A DNA stretch of 63,841 nt from Paraspadella gotoi (Eukaryota > Animalia > Chaetognatha). Every line of letters starts with the position of its first letter. Positions within the stretch are counted from its first letter, which is position 1. The DNA lies in NCBI GenBank assembly GCA_051294375.1, contig CM119265.1, positions 18,046,643 to 18,110,483 on the forward strand, written 5' to 3'. The position numbers were made by a program, and so were the translations under genes. Below are positions 56,388-63,841 of this stretch, piece by piece. A model generated the notes under the pieces. It did no database searches. It saw nothing but the letters and a program-made list of their open reading frames with translations, and was not told the DNA's origin.

Positions 56388-57293
56388 CAGCATCTGATGG
56401 GGAAGAGCACCATAGATGCAACGAAGGAACACAACTCGAGAGAAAGCGGGAGAAGCGAATTTCGTGACGTCGCCTTTTTGAGAGCGACGCGGACAAAGAG
56501 GATAATTTTAAGATATTTTCGTCAATGTCTTTCGTTGTTTTCGATTATAACTCTAGCTTAATTCTACTTGTTAATATTATTAAGCCAGCTCTTCGAGAGT
56601 CTAGTGGTCCATCTTTCTTTTTATTGCCGAAAAGGGCCTGCCTTGGCGGGCTGAGCCGAGGGCCACTTACCGCACCATTTTTTTTAAATGTATTTTTTTT
56701 TTAAAGAATAGGTGGGGAAATGATTTTTTGTAACTCGTGTTTGATCAAACAATGACTATTTGATAATATCGAAAAATTTGTTTTTTTATAATACTTCATG
56801 AAAAACGCTAGTCTGGCTACGAAGGTTTTTGTTTTTTATTATCTTATTTTTCAATTAAAACAGAGATTTCTTTAGTTCTTATTTTATTTTTTAAAAGTCG
56901 AGAAAGTGCAAATAAATTTAAAAGCGATCTTTTGTTGTCTTATCTAACTCGCCTTTTTTGGAGTTTTTTTGCGTCAGATTAGTACAAATTTTTTCTCAAT
57001 ATTTATTTATTCTGAATTTTTTAAAAGTTCGTTAAATAACTTACTCAAAACCTGATCGATTTTTTCGAAAATATTACCTTCATCAGATCCAACCCCTTAA
57101 AAATGAGATTAACCGAATCAGTTGAAGATCGAACGATTACTCCTCAAGACAAAGATCAAATGAACTAATTTTTTTTTTAAGTCACACTTTTTTCATATAA
57201 TTTTTATTAAAATCGTCCTTATTAATGAATTAACGTTTGGTTGAAAGTTAAAAAAACCCAATAAAAAATCATAACACGACAAATTGTCAAGAG

Positions 57294-58048
57294 ATGCATT
57301 CAAACTATTTCTTTTGTGCTTTCGTAGCTGTTTCAATACTGGCTGTAACAAATGGGTAAGTTTTTACACTAAAACTGTAATCTTGGAGTCAAATTAAAAC
57401 GTTTTAATAATCTAGATTGGAGGAGTTTATGGGTCTGCGATTATTCCACTCAGCGGACACTAATCACGACAATATCATGAGCTTTCCTGAAATGGTCAGG
57501 TAAACAAAATTCGTTTTAAAACGAGGTCAGCGTAAAACTTATCTTCAAATTCACAGTCTTCTTACAAGTTATGCAACAGACCTTTCTGGCTATCTGTTGA
57601 CTGTTCAAGTCAAAGAGTTATTACTTTGTCTTTTAATAACCTTTGACCTTTGCCCTCGACAGGTTCTTTTTTCTCATTGACCTCAACGGAGACGACGTAA
57701 TCACGGGGGACGAGTTTCTTCTCGCCTGCAAACAACAGTTCGAACTCAACGACGGGGAGGTCAGACACCAAGTGTGGAATGTTGTCGCCTGCAGCCTTTA
57801 AATAACGTTAGGTTAATATACATTAAAGTATTAAAGGCTTTTAAAATTCTACGCTTAAGGCGAAAATCCTGCTGCAAAACTTGGATAACTTAAGCCCGAA
57901 AAATCAGATCACTGGCGTGGAGATCCAAGCGACTTTCGTCGAGCTGGACCGCAATGGAGACGGCAGAGTCACCAAGGACGAATTCTTATACTTTTGGACC
58001 CAGTTACGTGAGCTTATGAGTCGCGAAGATGGCGATGCGAAAACTTAA
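57294..58048 (+). CDS. Secreted EF-hand calcium-binding protein, ~156-163 aa, 5 exons (57294-57355, 57416-57499, 57557-57595 or 57616, 57663-57759, 57860-58048)
   Basis: Hydrophobic N-terminus MHSNYFFCAFVAVSILAVTNG; EF loops DTNHDNIMSFPE, DLNGDDVITGDE, DRNGDGRVTKDE plus a degenerate DNLSPKNQITGVE; phase-consistent GT-AG introns; TAA at 58046-58048. The exon 3 donor is ambiguous. Confidence 0.85.
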
Positions 58049-58332
58049 AAGATGTCAAATCCAACGAATCTGGTTTTTTTTAAGTTATGACGATTTTTTT
58101 TATTATCTTTGTTTATTTCTTTTTATTCCTATTAATTTAAATGAGTTTGTAATCGTTGATTTAATATATTAAGATAAATTTAACCAAAAAATATAATATA
58201 AATTTAACAAACAAAAAATCAAAGAAAAGTTACTCGAAAAAAAAAAATCGGCAGTTTTTATTAGAAATTCCCAATATTAAAGCAATTACAATTATTTTTT
58301 AAAAAAAATCAATCTCGAAGACAAATAAAAGT

Positions 58333-59187
58333 TTAGAATCCGTAAAATTTCTTGCACGTCTTGCCGAGAATCCACGCCAAGTCGTCATCAGTGGCTCCTG
58401 CAGAATCGAGACATTGGAGCAGCGACGACAGCACCTGCTTATAGTCGGCCTCTTTGGCCAAAGTGCACACGGGCCAATCGGATCCGAACATCAGCCGTTG
58501 TGGGCCGAAGAGACGAAATAGGATCTGGGAACCATACGATTTGGGATTAAATTAGTTTCACAGTACAGTAGGCTTGTTTACGCAACTTTGCTTACTTGTA
58601 CGTAAGGTAAAAGATCTTCAGTTTTCCAATTTTCCAAGTCGGCCTCGGTGACCATTCCTGACCTGAACATTTAATTTTTTAAAAAAATTGTGTTTTGTCT
58701 TAGACTTTTAATATAGTAGATTATCTAGATTTTTCTCTTACATTACATTAAAAACTTATTAATGTTGAACCGGTATCAACGTCGAAAACAAAATGGCAAA
58801 CACGACTAAAGAAACGCCTTTGCGTGACATCTTTACCCAAAATCAAACGTAGTAAAACGTAAAAAATAAACCTGACTCCTATTACTATTTGAACGGAAAA
58901 ATAAAAAAAAAACAACTTAAAAGCCGAGATGGGAAAAGTGATCTCGCTCCTGTTCCCGGCCTATCCCGTCCAAAAGCCGCCTATCTACTACGAGGACCCG
59001 GCCAACTTCTCCTGCACGGGCGAAAGAATCCGCGAGACGGTGACAACGAAGAATGCCTTCTACGAGGCCATCAAGCCTTTCTTCGAGGACGTGTGGCAGG
59101 AGCGGCAGGAGGTTCAAGTCGCGCAGAGCATGCTCGATCCGGAGAACATCCCAAAGTTTTGTCAGCAATTTCCGAGGTAAACGGGGA

Positions 59188-59281
<94 letters not shown>

Positions 59282-59359
59282 TAGATATATAGATAGATAG
59301 AAAGAAAAAAGACAGACAGACAGACCTACAGACAAAAAGAAATAAATAAAGAAAGAAAA

Positions 59360-59443
<84 letters not shown>

Positions 59444-60013
59444 AAAAAAATACAGTAGAAAAATTTCAAAAAGAATAAAACCCAAACAACAAGAACAGAT
59501 ATCGTCATAAAAATATAATAAAGAAAAATAAACAACTGAACAAAAGCTTTCAAATAAAGCGCCATCTACGATTTTAGCGACAACCTGTCGACTACCCCTT
59601 CCCGCTTCTTCCAGGTGGGACAAACAAAAGATCCTCGACCTTCGGGCTCAGTACGTCTCCTTCGACATCAACCAGGACGGACTCATCGACTTCGAAGAGT
59701 TGACGGCCGCGTTGGACAACATCGGGGATCCCAGCGACGCCACCGCTAGGAGAAACTACTTTAACATGTGACAAATGATCATCCTCGTTGGCAGCGATGC
59801 CTTCTGCTTCATTCATCCGATGCTCTTTTTTTTTTTTAAACGAGATGTCGCTCTTCCTCCTCAGGATCGATAAAGATTCTTCGGGCGGAATCGATTTTGA
59901 GGAATTTCTCACGCTGCTGTACGATCTCGACACGGTAAAAATGTTGCATAGATAGATTAGATAGATATATAGATAGATTAGATAGATAGATAGATAGATA
60001 GATAAATAGATAA

Positions 60014-60085
<72 letters not shown>

Positions 60086-62323
60086 TCGTCAATAAGACTC
60101 ATTCGGTCAATCAATAATTCAATCAATCCCGACCGCGACAGGTTCGTGACGAGGCGGATCAACTTCACTCGTCCTTTTTGTTGGCCTCTGTTTGTGACGA
60201 AGGAATGAGATCTGCGCAGCTTTTGAGGTTCAATTCAGAATATTTAATAATATTTGGTGTACTATATTGTCATTCATAATCAATTTACTCATTGTGTCAT
60301 AATTAGTTCTTTGAATATATTCGGCACATAGTGTATTTTTAAATTTAAAGCTTTTAAATAATTATCGGCTTCAGGTCTCTGTCGCCTCGCACTTTGCTGG
60401 AAAAGCATCTCTTTTAAAGAAAAGAACGGGGCATCAAAAGTCTGGCCCGAGATATCGCTCACTTTCACAATTTTTTGGGGAATATTATGAATTAAATGTA
60501 AACTTTTTAGTTTGGTAATAATATAGCGCTAATTTACTTTGTTTTAGCGTTTAAGGACGGGAGGTGTTAAACGGCCCATTAGTAAAACCGAATAGTCTCT
60601 CGGTTTACAATTCGCTTACAATTTACAGAAGACATTTTCTGATTGAGCGAACATTTCCATCCATTGTTTCCACCAATGGAATCCCTCGCCGGTTTTGATG
60701 ATCGGTTTCCCGATGTGATCGATCACGAGTTTCAATCTGTAACGAAACGAAAATATTTTTACCCGCTAATCGGGTAGCGAATTATTTCGTCCAGTTTTAA
60801 ATCGCTCAAGCCTTAAAAGTCAAAGTTCAAAACCTAAAATAATTTTCGTTAATTAAATTCGTCAGTCTTAGTTACCATGTAACTGACTACAGAATTGCTA
60901 CATATAATGGATCTATTCTTCTCCACGTATTAGGCCGCCAAATTTTTTACTCTATTCTTTTCTTTGGTATTACGCTTATAAATTTTTAAAAATTAACAAT
61001 TAAGCTTTACTGAGAACTAAGCCTTTCTTAGTGAACTTACCTCGGGAATTTACGTGCGACGCTGAGAGCGGAGGGGTAATGTCGTGGGCGAATGAGGAGA
61101 TCAAATGTGAACCCGGATTCGGACAAAAGGCTCAGAGACTTCGTCACCTCAGGCCTGGAAAATCGAGTGTGGGAAAAGCGTGAGAACGTGAATGAGTGAA
61201 AGGCAAAGAGAGTCGAGAGTAAAGATTGAGAATTGTGAACATAAAAGCTGACAAACTAGACTAAACTAGACAAACTAGAATCTTTCTTTAAAAACCAATG
61301 GATTTCTTGTCCATATGATCGACGTCCCATTCTCATTCACTCACCCAACCAACCAGTCGTCCTTTTCCAAATCCAAAATGTGTCGGAATCCTCGGACCGA
61401 TGGAATCTCTCTCAGTTTTTCCAGCTTCGACCGAAGCTCTGACTGACGATACAATTAAACGTTTTCATCGACAACAAACTAATTTTATATAATACAATGT
61501 TTCGTCATTCATTTCCGTCACCTCCGTTCTGGTCAAGTCTGTCCATAGAACGATTCCTTTGATGAAGGGAAAATTATTTGCCGATTCCGTCATGAATTCT
61601 AAGTTTAGTTAATAGTAAATTGTTTTAAATCGGTTGGCCATAAATAAATAATCGCAGCTTATCTCTAATTTATAGTTTGTTTTTTGTTTGTTTGTTTGTT
61701 TGTTTTTTTAAAGAAAATAAAAGATAGTGACAGCGACGCGTACAACTCCAGCTTCTATTAACATCACTAACCTTACCGGCTTCTCTCTCATCGACGGTGA
61801 CCTGAACGAAAACGCCTCCGTCGGCTCGACACATTCTTCCGGCGCGCGTTTTCACATCGCCAACGCCCTCCAGCGCCGCCTCCAAATCGGTCGGCAAAAA
61901 GTCGCGATAGATCAGCGGCATCGATTCATCGGGGAAGATGTAGTGGCAGCGCGAGAGGCGCCAAAGATCTGAGGAGAAATGTCATTGTTGTTGCTGTCTG
62001 TCGTACTGAACTTTGTTGCCAGAACCATAATGCATGGGTGGAAAAGGAGCTAAAGAAAATTAGAATGAAAAGAATCCAGTGAAACTAAAATGTCTTATGT
62101 ACCTAGTAGTTCACCTTAATTTTTTTTCAAGCGACAAAAAAATTACTGTAAATATTGAAAGCGTAAGTCACTCGTTTCGGCCGGTTTCATTTCCTCAAAT
62201 CATCATCAGTATTTAAAAGCCAGATGCACAAATGAATAGAAAAAAATTTGGATAGAAAAAAAGCCAACAATACTCACGAAAATGAGAATCAAAGACTTCA
62301 AATGGTTCTTTGTTTTCTTCCAT
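58333..62323 (-). CDS. Amidohydrolase superfamily (amidohydro_2 / COG3618, L-fucono-1,5-lactonase-like) protein, 300 aa, 8 exons (62323-62278, 61968-61777, 61598-61522, 61442-61345, 61154-61041, 60736-60620, 58662-58596, 58524-58333)
   Basis: Spliced translation MEENKEPFEVFDSHFHLW...RDFLP...VFVQ...RGFRHIL...FTFDLL...LVIDHIGKP...NVFCKLSGMVTEAD...FGPQRLMFGSDWPV...KKFYGF*. Family motifs (HxH, DH, KxSG, GSDWP) are in order; seven phase-consistent GT-AG introns; CDS 903 nt. Confidence 0.93.
58929..60417 (+). CDS. EF-hand pair protein with N-myristoylation motif, 199 aa, 5 exons (58929-59176, 59615-59767, 59865-59934, 60142-60227, 60375-60417), nested antisense in amidohydrolase intron 6
   Basis: MGKVIS start; canonical loops DINQDGLIDFEE and DKDSSGGIDFEE; phase-consistent GT-AG joins; ends ...RSLSPRTLLEKHLF* (CDS 600 nt). 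The last intron donor (AG|gttcaa) is weaker. Confidence 0.88.
59188..60084. repeat. (GATA)n tracts (~59188-59300, ~59948-60084) within introns 1 and 3 of the nested gene
   Basis: Direct reading; these produce the IYLSIYLS ORFs. Confidence 0.97.
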
Positions 62324-63339
62324 TATTTTGTTATGATAGTATTAAAAAAAAATAAAAAAATACAGAAGCATAAAAAGAGGTTGAAAAGTGTTTTAATGTA
62401 TTGAATGTATTAAACATTAAAGGTTTTAATTTTATCACTCGTTGAACTTCGTTCGAAAAAGCAAACAATCTAATCTGACGGTAAAATTGTTCGTAGCGAG
62501 CTCTCGGTTCGGACAGAAGAAAAAAAAATCTTTACACGAAATAAGATCGAGAGATTTAATTTCGAAAACGACCAAAATAATAATTTAATTAACTTATAAT
62601 GAACAGAAATTGAAAATTATAATTATTTGGAAATATTTAAAGTATCATTTTTGATAGACGGTCATAAAATGAGGATAATGCGCCGAACATTGAAGGGAAC
62701 GTAAGAATGTAAGAGTTAAACTTAATTGATTGTCACAAATCCTGCTTGAGAAAGAGTAGCATTTGAGCGGCGTTTATTTAACTATCACAAAAACAGATTC
62801 AAGAAACATTTTCGAAATAAAGGCGCACCCATTTGCACGATCACTATCAGGCTCCTCTCCGTGAATATGGTGGGAGCAATCACGGATCAAGCGGTGAAAA
62901 AATATACTTTCAATACTTATAACCCTTGCCTTGATAAAAAAAAATTAAAAAAACAAAATCAATTTCTAACAAAATCTCCGAACTTTTTTTATCAATCAGT
63001 TTCCGTGATTTTCCCTGACGAAAAGCAAAACTAAGCTTTCTTTATCACGGCTTTTGTTTCGAAGTAAAAGTAAGGACAAGATCGAAAACCGATTTGCATA
63101 TTATTCGGATTTTTTTTTTTCGTGTTAAAAAGAAACGCTTGGCCATGCAGAGAGTCGCGTCTGTATTTTTTAATGTATGTATTTATTTGGCTTTTTTAAA
63201 CTTCCGAAAATTCTCAAGATCCCCTTGAATAATACAACTTATCTATTTTCTAACTTTTATTTATTTCATAATTAATATAGCAGTATTTTTGATTAATTTA
63301 ATAGACAAAAAAGTGCTTCTATGGAGTCGCCCGCTGCGA

Positions 63340-63363
63340 CCAATAATTCATTACGGTATATAA
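63340..63363 (+). promoter_or_regulatory. Putative CCAAT (63340-63344) and TATA box (TATATAA 63357-63363) of the prepro-protein gene
   Basis: Motifs lie ~60-80 bp upstream of the ATG at 63420; motif match only. Confidence 0.45.
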
Positions 63364-63419
63364 TGAGCTTTAAAGGTGATCTTTAGCAACCTTCTTAGTT
63401 TTTCCTCGAAAGGGAAAAG

Positions 63420-63827
63420 ATGACAGGTTTTCGGTGGAAATTGCTCGCGGTCCTTTTGCTCTGTAAGATTTTTATTACATTTATATCTTTTTTAATTCTA
63501 TATTTTTTTAATTTTTAGCAATTTGCCACCGTTTTCTCTCACTTCTTTTTAAAATTTAAAGATATTTTTAGTCCGGAATTACCAGAATAAGATTTAGACT
63601 ATCGAATCAAAATATTACCAACTAGATTAATATTTTTGTAACTGAATTATTCTACAATTTTATAACAGTTGCCGCGTCGTCTTCCGCCCGGAGGTCGAGA
63701 TCGAGAAAAGCGTCCGCCAACGACGACGTCAATGACGACGACGACGACACGAGCGCCAAAATTCGAAAATTAATTGAGCTGAGCAAACGAGAACCGTTTT
63801 TCGGCGGACTAATCAATAATTTGTTGG
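63420..63827 (+). CDS. 5' part of a secreted prepro-protein gene (exons 63420-63462, 63669-63827; continues beyond the window)
   Basis: ATG...CTC T|gtaaga...aacag|TT GCC...TTG G|gtaagt gives MTGFRWKLLAVLLLFAASSSARRSRSRKASANDDVNDDDDDTSAKIRKLIELSKREPFFGGLINNLL. Signal-peptide pattern, strong splice sites, upstream TATA. Absent from the ORF track. Confidence 0.75.
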
Positions 63828-63841
63828 GTAAGTCGGTGAAA

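Overview
Eukaryotic (animal-type) draft-assembly window. It is AT-rich but full of CpG, dense in (AG)n/(GAAA)n/(GATA)n/(GAC)n microsatellites, has short GT-AG introns and contains seven N gaps. Most supplied ORFs are microsatellite or gap artefacts, so genes were rebuilt by hand from splice sites and codon phase. 1-27 kb is dominated by two multi-kb inverted duplications (1367-16305 and 20217-27130), each with a 25-N gap at or beside its centre; they may be real palindromes or long-read gap-filling artefacts. 38-50 kb holds a predicted minus-strand gene of unknown family with several alternative 5' exons, two of which encode the same 9-aa motif RAPPQTRPR with all nine codons synonymously different. 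57-64 kb is a compact cluster: a secreted EF-hand gene (+), an 8-exon COG3618/amidohydro_2 sugar-lactonase-like gene (-), a 5-exon myristoylation-motif EF-hand gene nested antisense in the lactonase's intron 6, and the first two exons of a divergent secreted prepro-protein (signal peptide, acidic pro-region, KR, EPFFGGLINNLL...). No rRNA, tRNA, CRISPR array or transposase was recognised.
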